Below, piece by piece: positions 1 through 7,806 of a stretch of DNA of 64,000 nt. The notes beneath the pieces were generated by a model. It made no database searches, was not told where the DNA came from, and saw only the letters and a list, made by a program, of their open reading frames with translations. The position numbers and the translations under genes were made by a program. The number at the start of each line of letters is the position of its first letter. Within the stretch, counting starts at the first letter, position 1. Source of the DNA: an uncultured Spirochaetales bacterium (GTDB taxonomy: Bacteria; Spirochaetota; Spirochaetia; Sphaerochaetales; Sphaerochaetaceae); assembly GCA_902797395.1 (NCBI GenBank), contig CADBSO010000135.1, forward strand, positions 2,085 to 66,084, written 5' to 3'.

Positions 1-976
1 AATTAAAGGCTGTGGTGCCATAATAAACAAAGGAGCTACTGCGCGTTTTGCTGGAATAAGCGGTCAGATAGCCAATCAGCGCTTTTAACAAACGTCGTTT
101 TTGCGTTATATACTGCACTCTCAATTCACGCTCCAAGCAATGGATCGCATAGCTTTTGCTATCACTGGAATCCAATTGATCGACTTTCAGCGGAGTCAGC
201 AGTGCCGAAGAAATGCCAAACAGGTCCAGCAGTCCGTTTTTGCTCAATTCGCGTGATATGTCGCTGATTATCGCTTCGTGGAGCCTGGTTATGAAATCAT
301 TGCTGTCGCTATTCGCATCATTCGTCAGAAGAGTCGTGTAATACGGCTTGTTGTTTCTGATTATCGCATCCGTTTCATTGATAGTCATGACCCAATCGAT
401 TTCACCATTGCCGTTCTCAACGATGACGCTTTCCGTTTTCACATAAATTCCGTTCTTGAAATAATCTTCGAGCAAAAACAGCTCGAATGGCAACTTATCA
501 TTTGAATTGAGTTGCTCCTCATCCCTGTTGCCAAACTTGAATTTCAGGCTTTCATTTTTGTATTTCCTCAGAACCGCAATTATTTTCTTCGCGTCTTTTA
601 TCTTTACCTTCTCTGCATCATCAATACCCTTGTAATAATCATCGAAGTTGTCGATATATTTGGGATAGACATACATTATGATGCCATCAATTTCTATCAG
701 ACCCACATATTTGAAACCATATATGATGCGATTATCATCGTTATTGTAATCGCCCTCAATTTCCTCGCCGTCAAGAATTTCACCTATATCGTCTTTCGGC
801 TTTCTAAAAGCTTTCAGGAAACGAGCGCGGACAAGCCTGTCGATAATGCTATTAACCTTATCTTTCTTCCTCTTCTCATCGGCCTTGGGCGAAAGAAAAC
901 CGGAAAGCTTTTCCTTCAGACTGGAAAAGGAATACCCCTGCCATTCCCTAAAATACAATATCCTGGTATCAGACAT
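1..976 (-). CDS. McrC / LlaJI.R2-like restriction endonuclease subunit (first 325 codons; 3' end lies beyond the window edge)
   Basis: The ORF track omits it because there is no stop in the window. I checked the minus-strand frame from ATG (976-974) down to nt 2 and found no stop: no plus-strand tta/cta/tca at positions equal to 2 mod 3. The ATG overlaps the TGA of the upstream McrB-like gene (TGATG). The translation starts MSDTRILYFREWQGYSFSSLKEKL...YVYPKYIDNFDDYYKG. Its position directly after a McrB-type GTPase is the canonical McrC slot. Confidence 0.6.
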   Translation of the reverse strand, partial: MSDTRILYFREWQGYSFSSLKEKLSGFLSPKADEKRKKDKVNSIIDRLVRARFLKAFRKPKDDIGEILDGEEIEGDYNNDDNRIIYGFKYVGLIEIDGIIMYVYPKYIDNFDDYYKGIDDAEKVKIKDAKKIIAVLRKYKNESLKFKFGNRDEEQLNSNDKLPFELFLLEDYFKNGIYVKTESVIVENGNGEIDWVMTINETDAIIRNNKPYYTTLLTNDANSDSNDFITRLHEAIISDISRELSKNGLLDLFGISSALLTPLKVDQLDSSDSKSYAIHCLERELRVQYITQKRRLLKALIGYLTAYSSKTRSSSFVYYGTTAFN

Positions 977-2625
977 CAGCTATTCGCTTGGTTTTCCACA
1001 TTCGCATCTTCCTTCAATAATTTCTCGCTAAACCTGAATATTTCCAGCCCAATTTTATCGTATGATGTGCAAATCTTGGAATATGTCTTGCCTGCATCAT
1101 CTTTAAACAAATCGGATGGATTCATCTTCACAACATCCTCGAACAGATACATCAGGATCTTGCTTTTGAATGTCTTAACAAACCTTGCCCTGCCGCCTTC
1201 ATCTGAATCAGCATTTTCAATTATTTCCCTATCAATAAAGAACGGTCCAAGGCATTTGTCCTCATGAACGTTGCAATAATCAAGAAGCCAATCATTCAGC
1301 TCTTTTCTGAATTTTCCCCATGGTGTAGAATTTTTTCCATTTTTTCCATCAAACGGAATACTTTTTCCTTCAAGCCCTTTAAACTCATCATTTTCACCAT
1401 TATCGGCAGAGCCATCAGCGATTCGTCCATCAATATCCAGGTATTCGAATTCCCACCTGCGCTTGAATGCGGTATCAAGAGGCTGAACACCTTGATCTGC
1501 GCTATTCATCGTCGCCCAAATGTACATGTTATGAGGGATTGCAATTTCCCCAGGATTCGGAACACCACGTTTCCTCAAATAGTTCCTCAAACCCTCGGAA
1601 GTAGCCACAGGATATCTGCTGTCACCTTTTTCTCTGCCATTCTCGTCCTTATCAAGCCTGTCCAACGATTGGAAAATGTCACCGAAAACAGCAGGAGCGT
1701 TAGCCCTGTTGATTTCCTCGATAATCAGCAGAAAATTCTTACCAGGATACCTTTTTGCTTTTTCATAAACCCTTATGAAAGGCCCGGGAACAAATTCGTA
1801 GGAAATCTCGTTTTTCTGTTCGTATATCAGTTTTCTGAGCAAACTAAAATACGGCCGCAGCTTACCGCCAACACCTCTATAAACACCTATATCCTCTTGT
1901 TTCTCTTGTTTCTCTTGTTTCTCTTGTTTCTCTTGTTTCTTTTTCTCACTCTTAACTAAAAATTTATCGTAGCTACATGCCGAAACTAAAGTAGCAAGCA
2001 GACCACCAGAGCCTATCGTCTTGAAGCAATCACGCTTGCACAACTCATTATATTTGTCTTGCGAATTTAAGTTTGAATTATACAAAACATCTAACACGTC
2101 CATCAAATCACAATCAATGCTATCAACGCATGTTGATGAAACCGGTTTGTAGCATCCGACAAATTGCGAATAAGAATAATTCGGGTAAAAGGTCACACGT
2201 TCGACATAGAAATCATTCTCGCGCTTCTCGGAATCATCACTGTGCTTCTCGGCTATAAATTCTTTATAATACCCCAGCGCCGAAGATAAATTATTATGCT
2301 TATTAGCAGATTTATTATTCCTGACATCATTGCAAATTTTCTCTATTTCACCAATATCTTCAATCAAATAAATTCCATCTAATTCCTTCCTCAATTCCGA
2401 GATATACCTTTTTGCGGAACCTTCCGCAAGTCGTGTACCCTTATAAGTAACCGGACAAGAAAAAAGCCACTCTCTGAATAATTCTTCATTTGACATTGCC
2501 TCTTGTCTGCCAAATACTTTGGCATCCTTATTTAATCCAAATGACTTTCCAGTCCCTGGCGCTCCAAAAATTATGCGGTTTCTATCAAATCGTTCAAACT
2601 TACCTGCAGTATCATTACCAGCCAT
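976..2625 (-). CDS. McrB-family AAA+ GTPase subunit (LlaJI.R1-like) with internal insertions
   Basis: 549 aa. Walker A is RIIFGAPGTGKS (res 17-28). McrB-family blocks are VTFYPNYSYSQFVGCYKP (144-161) and ISYEFVPGPF (274-283). Walker B region is LLIIEEINRANAPAVFGDIFQSLDR, followed by IWATMNSADQGVQPLDTAFKRRWEFEY. The family call is from motif memory (AAA_5/McrB). Confidence 0.8.
   Translation of the reverse strand: MAGNDTAGKFERFDRNRIIFGAPGTGKSFGLNKDAKVFGRQEAMSNEELFREWLFSCPVTYKGTRLAEGSAKRYISELRKELDGIYLIEDIGEIEKICNDVRNNKSANKHNNLSSALGYYKEFIAEKHSDDSEKRENDFYVERVTFYPNYSYSQFVGCYKPVSSTCVDSIDCDLMDVLDVLYNSNLNSQDKYNELCKRDCFKTIGSGGLLATLVSACSYDKFLVKSEKKKQEKQEKQEKQEKQEDIGVYRGVGGKLRPYFSLLRKLIYEQKNEISYEFVPGPFIRVYEKAKRYPGKNFLLIIEEINRANAPAVFGDIFQSLDRLDKDENGREKGDSRYPVATSEGLRNYLRKRGVPNPGEIAIPHNMYIWATMNSADQGVQPLDTAFKRRWEFEYLDIDGRIADGSADNGENDEFKGLEGKSIPFDGKNGKNSTPWGKFRKELNDWLLDYCNVHEDKCLGPFFIDREIIENADSDEGGRARFVKTFKSKILMYLFEDVVKMNPSDLFKDDAGKTYSKICTSYDKIGLEIFRFSEKLLKEDANVENQANS
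1894..1938 (-). repeat. Perfect 9-bp x5 in-frame tandem repeat encoding (EKQ)5
   Basis: The plus strand reads ctcttgttt five times in a row. It lies inside the McrB-like CDS as ...KKKQEKQEKQEKQEKQED... Confidence 0.95.
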
Positions 2626-2652
2626 GTTTTCACCAACCTATTATTTGCATTC

Positions 2653-2681
2653 ATACTACAATATTTCCACCGGTTTGTAAA
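2653..2681 (-). promoter_or_regulatory. Sigma70-like promoter candidate for the McrBC-like pair
   Basis: The minus strand reads TTTACA - 17 nt - TAGTAT about 28 nt upstream of ATG(2625). A purine-rich GGTTGGTGA sits just before the start. Confidence 0.4.
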
Positions 2682-2725
2682 TCACAAGACAGGTCTCGAC
2701 AACAAAGCCGATTCCCGAAAAGCGC

Positions 2726-3961
2726 TCACTGTAGCATTTCGCCATTGGCCATCAGTTCGACCAAATTCAAATGCTTGATGCCATTGCGCTTTTGCTGAAG
2801 GTAATCGGTAGTCAGAACATATTTCGGCCAATTATCCCTAATGCTTTCAAGCGGACGATACTCCCTGTCCTCCGTTTCCTTGCTGGCAAGAATCGTATAT
2901 GCCACCTGAACATAACTGTAATCCGCATCATCGGAACGCAATATGAAATCACATTCGAATTTTCCAACCTTGCCGACACTTACGGAATACCCATGGCTAA
3001 GAGCGTAAAAATAGACCAAATTCTCCAAGCAAGGTCCGTAATTTATATTGTTATCGGTATGCAGCGAAAAAAAGAAACTCAAATCCGAAACATAATATTT
3101 TTTCTCACCGGACAAAACCTTTTTCGATTTCACATCAAACCTGGAGCACTCATATAAAATCTTAGCATCAACAAGCGCTCTTATATACTTTTCGACAGTA
3201 AGACGAGTGATCTTCACACCGCTCTTCTCCAACGATTCGCAAATGCTTCTAATGCTCATCGTAGCGCCAAAATTGCCGATTACGAAATTCTTAATGTTTT
3301 CAAATGTTTCCTTATTTTTGATTCTAACCCTTTTCCTGATGTCCTTATCAAAGATTTCCTTTACAAGCGATGCGGAATATTCCCTTTTCGCAAACGATTC
3401 GTCGATAAACATCAATCGCGGAAACCCGCCTTCCAGAATAAAATTGTTCAACTCTAAAAGAAGGTTGCCATTCACTTCCTTTTTGTAAAATCTCTTTGCG
3501 CTCAAATATTCATCAAACGAATACGGAAAAATCTCGAACTCAATATATCTGCCCGTCAATTTCGTAGCTATTTCACCTGATAGAAGATAAGAATTCGAGC
3601 CGGTTATAAATATGGAGTACCCGCCTTCGCTACGATAAAAATTCAGCGTTTCCTCAAAATTGCTGATATTCTGCACTTCATCCACAAACACATATTTCAT
3701 ATTTGAGGATTTCAATGTTTTGCTCTGCAAATACGCATCCAGGCTTTCAGCAGTTCTCAGATTCTTAAAGCCCCTCTTTTCAAGGTCTACATACAAAACA
3801 TCATCAGACTTCACTCCGTCACCTAAAAGCTCTTCCACAATTATCCGCATCAATGAGGACTTACCGCACCTCCTAACGCCCGTTATGACCTTTATGATAT
3901 CATCACTATGATAAAAAGGACGGATCTTACGCAGGAATTTCTCTCTTTTGAACAGTTTCAT
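2726..3961 (-). CDS. AAA ATPase with DUF4143-type C-terminal region (COG1373-like)
   Basis: 411 aa with P-loop GVRRCGKSS near res 28-36. Length and architecture are typical of AAA_14+DUF4143 proteins. Sampled lines are AT-rich (about 35% GC). Confidence 0.7.
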   Translation of the reverse strand: MKLFKREKFLRKIRPFYHSDDIIKVITGVRRCGKSSLMRIIVEELLGDGVKSDDVLYVDLEKRGFKNLRTAESLDAYLQSKTLKSSNMKYVFVDEVQNISNFEETLNFYRSEGGYSIFITGSNSYLLSGEIATKLTGRYIEFEIFPYSFDEYLSAKRFYKKEVNGNLLLELNNFILEGGFPRLMFIDESFAKREYSASLVKEIFDKDIRKRVRIKNKETFENIKNFVIGNFGATMSIRSICESLEKSGVKITRLTVEKYIRALVDAKILYECSRFDVKSKKVLSGEKKYYVSDLSFFFSLHTDNNINYGPCLENLVYFYALSHGYSVSVGKVGKFECDFILRSDDADYSYVQVAYTILASKETEDREYRPLESIRDNWPKYVLTTDYLQQKRNGIKHLNLVELMANGEMLQ

Positions 3962-4128
3962 TTTTCAAATCACCAAGCCAAATCATCAGAATATCAAAAT
4001 ATAACCAATATTATTGAAAAAATCGGTTATTTGCAAGTTATCAATACATTTTTTGATTTTCTTAAGAAAAACATAGTGACAATCGCTATCTAACAGCATA
4101 TGCTGGCAATTTTCCGATTAAATGCGCA

Positions 4129-5361
4129 TCATGCTCTCAGGGCTGTAATCGGTATGACATAAACACCGTCTTTCCTTTTATAAGCCGCGTTAGTCAAACC
4201 GCATATCACGCAAAGCGCCCTAGCAGGTTTTCCGCCATCTCCAGAGACAGCAATAGCATTATTTATCCTGATAAGGTTTTGAGCAGCCGACTCCACTTGC
4301 GATGCGCCGAGTTTTATTTCTATTGCACACCATGAGGAATCCTCCAGCTCAACAACGGCATCGATCTCATTTCCCGAATAATCCTGATAATGATAAAGTT
4401 TTGCGCCAAATGATTCGCAATATGTCAGCAAATCCCTAAGAACCATCGACTCGAAAAGAAAACCCAGCAATTCCAAATTTTCAAGAAGCTTCTTCTCTGT
4501 CAGATTCAACAAAGCGCAAGACAGCGAAGGATCCGCAAAATGCCTTTTCTCGCTTTGCTTGACTCTCAAAGAAGAACGTACGCGATTTGAAAAAGGCGGA
4601 ATGTTCTCAGTTAGATACATATTGTTAAGCAAATTGAGATAATCGGATATCGTATCAATATTCACATCATCAAAATCCTTTTCCCTGATGTCGTTCTTCA
4701 AAGTCCTGTTTGTAACGGTTGTGGACTCGTTTCGCGCAAGAGAACGCAACAGAAGCTCAAATTTATGTCTGTCGCGCTTTATTCCATCAACCTTGAATAT
4801 GTCTTCATTCAAAACGGATTTCAAATACTCCCTGGCAACTAAAGCCCCACGATCAGACGGCATATCACAAACCGAAGGCCATCCGCCTACTATTATGTGA
4901 CTTATAATCCTCTCAAGCTCTATTTCTCCTGTGAATACATCCTCCGCAAGACCATGGCAAACATCTTTCAACGACACCGCACCACTTGAAAAACCGCTTT
5001 CAAACAAGGCCATCGGACGCATTCTCAACCTTGCGATCCTTCCCGTACCAGTATGAACGTATTTGCTCTTATCTACAGTTGCCGAACCTGTAAGAATAAA
5101 TTGGCCTTTTTGGATATTAGCATCAACTCTGCCCCTGACAGAATCCCAAATGAAAGGAACTTCCTGCCATTCATCTATCAGTCTCGGAGCATCACCATTC
5201 AAAGCCAAATCGGGATTCAAATTTGCAAGCTGCTTGTTGTTGAAATTTCCCTTTGGATCAGCAAGCAGGAGTTCGCTCCTGCAATGAGCCCTACCCGTCC
5301 AAGTCTTGCCGCACCATTTCGGACCCTCTATAAGCACAGCCCCAAATGTCTTAAGATACAA
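4129..5361 (-). CDS. AAA ATPase with DUF4143-type C-terminal region (second, divergent paralog)
   Basis: 410 aa with P-loop GPKWCGKTW at res 13-21. The start codon is TTG (plus-strand caa at 5359-5361), and an in-frame stop lies 8 codons upstream. Only 12 residues therefore precede the P-loop, so the start is uncertain or the 5' end may be truncated. Sampled GC (45-48%) is higher than in the neighbouring genes. Confidence 0.65.
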   Translation of the reverse strand: MYLKTFGAVLIEGPKWCGKTWTGRAHCRSELLLADPKGNFNNKQLANLNPDLALNGDAPRLIDEWQEVPFIWDSVRGRVDANIQKGQFILTGSATVDKSKYVHTGTGRIARLRMRPMALFESGFSSGAVSLKDVCHGLAEDVFTGEIELERIISHIIVGGWPSVCDMPSDRGALVAREYLKSVLNEDIFKVDGIKRDRHKFELLLRSLARNESTTVTNRTLKNDIREKDFDDVNIDTISDYLNLLNNMYLTENIPPFSNRVRSSLRVKQSEKRHFADPSLSCALLNLTEKKLLENLELLGFLFESMVLRDLLTYCESFGAKLYHYQDYSGNEIDAVVELEDSSWCAIEIKLGASQVESAAQNLIRINNAIAVSGDGGKPARALCVICGLTNAAYKRKDGVYVIPITALRA

Positions 5362-5437
5362 TTCAACAGCATCGTCTATTACTCAATTCTTATAGCCATC
5401 TATTTTCATAATCACCACATCGTCTGCAATTGATTAT

Positions 5438-5541
5438 AATTTCAATCCGACGGATTAGTCAATTTCAATCCGACGAATTCGGTGATTTCAATCCGACAAA
5501 TTTAACAATTCCAATCCGACGGATTTAGCAATTTCAGTCGC
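5438..5541. repeat. Tandem array of about 4.4 units of a 23-24-bp repeat with palindromic core AATCCG-A-CGGATT
   Basis: The units are aatttcaatccgacggattagtc (5438-5460), aatttcaatccgacgaattcggtg (5461-5484), atttcaatccgacaaatttaaca (5485-5507), attccaatccgacggatttagca (5508-5530) and a partial atttcagtcgc. The array sits 77-180 nt upstream of the TTG start at 5361. It overlaps the last about 18 codons of ORF 5488..6231. Confidence 0.9.
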
Positions 5542-6231
5542 TATCGCAAACAGAAACATTTCCACATCATACAATCTGAACGCGTCCGACAACACCTCTC
5601 TATTCAACCTTTCTGTCAGAATGCGCAATAATTTGCAATACTCGCCATATACCTCTATCCTATCATACCATGTGTAACTTTTTAGACAATCGTCGAAAAT
5701 TTTTATTTGGTCTTCTTTGTTTATCTTATTGTTTCTGCCTTTCGGTTGTGGAAAAAACTTATTTCCACCGCTTTTGAAAAAAAGCCAATTAAAAGAATAC
5801 GCAGCACGGGAATCATAAATAGCACATCTGTCGGGATACAAGAAAGAAGCGACTTTCGACAACGAGGATATTCTAGAGAAGTAGCCTTTTGGCATATCAC
5901 ACATAGTTTCACAACAACCCAGCCATTCTCTGAATTCAATCAGTTTCCTATCGTTATTTGCTTCCCTAAAAGACGAAATGTCACCCCACTTCCTTATTAT
6001 CCAATAAGATACTTTCAGATAATCATTATCATCCATTCTCCAGTATATTTCAGGCAACCGTTCTTTAAGTCGGAGTTGCTTGTCATAATTCCCGGTTTGC
6101 GGATTAAAGCAACCATCACCATTGATGACTGAAAGCGCATCAGGCAATTCGGGAAACCTAATTTTGTTATAGGTTTTCCGAACTTTATCTTTGTCGTATA
6201 ATATTCCGATTAATTTCTTCATAGCATTCAT
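5488..6231 (-). CDS. Hypothetical protein (247 aa, no family recognised)
   Basis: An ORF-track ORF that is AT-rich (21/60 GC in line 5761-5820). Its C-terminus is encoded by the tandem repeat array. No catalytic motif was recognised. Confidence 0.45.
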   Translation of the reverse strand: MNAMKKLIGILYDKDKVRKTYNKIRFPELPDALSVINGDGCFNPQTGNYDKQLRLKERLPEIYWRMDDNDYLKVSYWIIRKWGDISSFREANNDRKLIEFREWLGCCETMCDMPKGYFSRISSLSKVASFLYPDRCAIYDSRAAYSFNWLFFKSGGNKFFPQPKGRNNKINKEDQIKIFDDCLKSYTWYDRIEVYGEYCKLLRILTERLNREVLSDAFRLYDVEMFLFAIATEIAKSVGLELLNLSD

Positions 6232-6277
6232 AACATTTGCAATAAACCAACCGTAACGGCATCAAAAGCATTGAATT

Positions 6278-7081
6278 TCAGTTACCCGAAACCTTTGGCG
6301 GAAACTTGCTCTCAAATTCATTCACAACCGCTCGCAGCCCATCATCGAGGTATGTCATCGTCCTTTGCCTGATGTCGTTCGGCATGCCATAGAACGCTTC
6401 TGCGATTCCGCCGGTAATGGCTGCAAGCGTATCGCTGTCACCACCTATTGAAATCGCATTGCGTATGGCGTCTTCAAAGCCTGTGGATTCCAAGAACGCT
6501 TCTATCGCCTGAGGGACCGTGCCCTGACATGATACGTCAAAGCCGTATGAATCACGAATGCCATCAAGAGTGAAATCCAACTTGTAGTAATGTCCGTTGA
6601 CAAACTTCCTGATTTCCTCGATGCTGCTTCCGGTTCGGGCAAGATATATGCAGACAGCTGTCGCTTCCGCTCCTTTGATTCCTTCGGGATGATTATGCGT
6701 GACACGCGTCACCTTCAGCGACAAATCCTTGACATCGTTCAATGAATTCGCTGCAAACCCGCAGGCGCTGACGCGCATCCCCGCTCCGTTTCCGAAACTG
6801 TCATAAGGCCTTGAACCGTCGGTTTCGAGCCATTTCGCGAATGAAAGGCCATAACCGGCGTAAGGATACATCCTGCCGAGTTGAACCATGCGTTTCACAG
6901 CCGCTTCGCTCAAAAGGGCATAATCGCCCTTGCAATCCAGAATCGCCTTTGCCAGAGCTATCGTCATCAGACTGTCATCCGTGAAAAAACATTTCGGATG
7001 AAACAATTCGAATTTCTTCGACTTCAAATTGTTCCACTCGAATCTAGAACCTGCGATATCGCCTGCAATCGCTCCCAGCAT
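6278..7081 (-). CDS. ADP-ribosylglycohydrolase family protein (DraG/ARH-like)
   Basis: 267 aa. The N-terminus is MLGAIAGDIAGSRFEW...FTDDSLMT, with GNGAGMRV internally and a C-terminal GGDSDTLAAITGGIAEAFYG. These are typical ARH-family metal-site blocks. Confidence 0.8.
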   Translation of the reverse strand: MLGAIAGDIAGSRFEWNNLKSKKFELFHPKCFFTDDSLMTIALAKAILDCKGDYALLSEAAVKRMVQLGRMYPYAGYGLSFAKWLETDGSRPYDSFGNGAGMRVSACGFAANSLNDVKDLSLKVTRVTHNHPEGIKGAEATAVCIYLARTGSSIEEIRKFVNGHYYKLDFTLDGIRDSYGFDVSCQGTVPQAIEAFLESTGFEDAIRNAISIGGDSDTLAAITGGIAEAFYGMPNDIRQRTMTYLDDGLRAVVNEFESKFPPKVSGN

Positions 7082-7211
7082 AACCGATTTCCTCCCTCAA
7101 GATACCCCAAAACCGTTATTGTTTATAACACATCATGCACATCATATAACGATACATCGAAAGCACAAAGACTGCCGGCGGGCTCTGGGCGACGGATCCG
7201 CACAAAAATCA

Positions 7212-7805
7212 TCACTTCCCCAATTGGATGAACTTAGAGACAGGCTGTACATACATCACCCCCATCCCCTTTTCCTTCAAACACTCCAATCCCATAATAG
7301 CGTCCGTTATAGCCTTTGTCTTGTCCTTCTCGCTTATCATGTAGATCATTTCCTTTTCGGGAACTATGGTTATGCCGAGAAAGGAATTCTGATCACTGGG
7401 GAGAGCCGTTCCCCTGGCATTGGTGACAGTTCCGCCTATTGATCCGGCTTTGCGGGCGGCATGCATCACATCATCGCTGTAGCCTGAATTCACAATTATC
7501 GTTATGAGATCATATTGAGCCTGCATATTATCACCCCCCACTACGGCAGCCACACCTTTTATCAGCGGATCCTCAACGGATTTGGCCAAAACGGAATCCG
7601 CAACATCATCAGTCGAATTCATGATCACCACATCCTTTTTGCTGCTCCCGATCCCGAGAGCTTTGAGGATTGAATTTCCTGCTGTGCCTCTGCCCATATA
7701 AAGCGTTGCGCCTTTAGCTCCGCATGATCTGGCCACGGAAGCGAAATAATCGCCCGCGCCCCTAGGAAGCACAGCATACAAATACCTGTTCTTCAAAATA
7801 ATCAT
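7212..7805 (-). CDS. Tandem P-II-like signal-transduction protein (two P-II-type halves)
   Basis: 197 aa. The two halves each carry ...GA(K/S)G(A/G)T...(G/A)RGTA loops (YAVLPRGAGDYFASVARSCGAKGATLYMGRGTA and ITIIVNSGYSDDVMHAARKAGSIGGTVTNARGTA). It starts 1 nt after the DUF1538 gene stop. Confidence 0.55.
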   Translation of the reverse strand: MIILKNRYLYAVLPRGAGDYFASVARSCGAKGATLYMGRGTAGNSILKALGIGSSKKDVVIMNSTDDVADSVLAKSVEDPLIKGVAAVVGGDNMQAQYDLITIIVNSGYSDDVMHAARKAGSIGGTVTNARGTALPSDQNSFLGITIVPEKEMIYMISEKDKTKAITDAIMGLECLKEKGMGVMYVQPVSKFIQLGK

Positions 7806-7806
7806 G

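Noticed and set aside
4094-4105. A perfect 12-bp palindrome CAGCATATGCTG between the two DUF4143 genes.
   Set aside because: It is too short to be a stable terminator (no T-run) and is a single occurrence. It could be chance or a minor operator, with no further support.
5438-5541. Possible CRISPR array.
   Set aside because: The units are contiguous with a 23-24-bp period and no unique spacers. There are only about 4.4 copies, and no cas genes are in the window.
5488-7081. ADP-ribosylglycohydrolase plus the adjacent orphan ORF as an ADP-ribosyltransferase toxin / ARH antitoxin pair.
   Set aside because: The orphan shows no R-S-E or H-Y-E ART motif in the required order. The two genes differ sharply in GC (about 35% versus about 50%), which suggests different origins. 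The ARH resembles the common stand-alone family.
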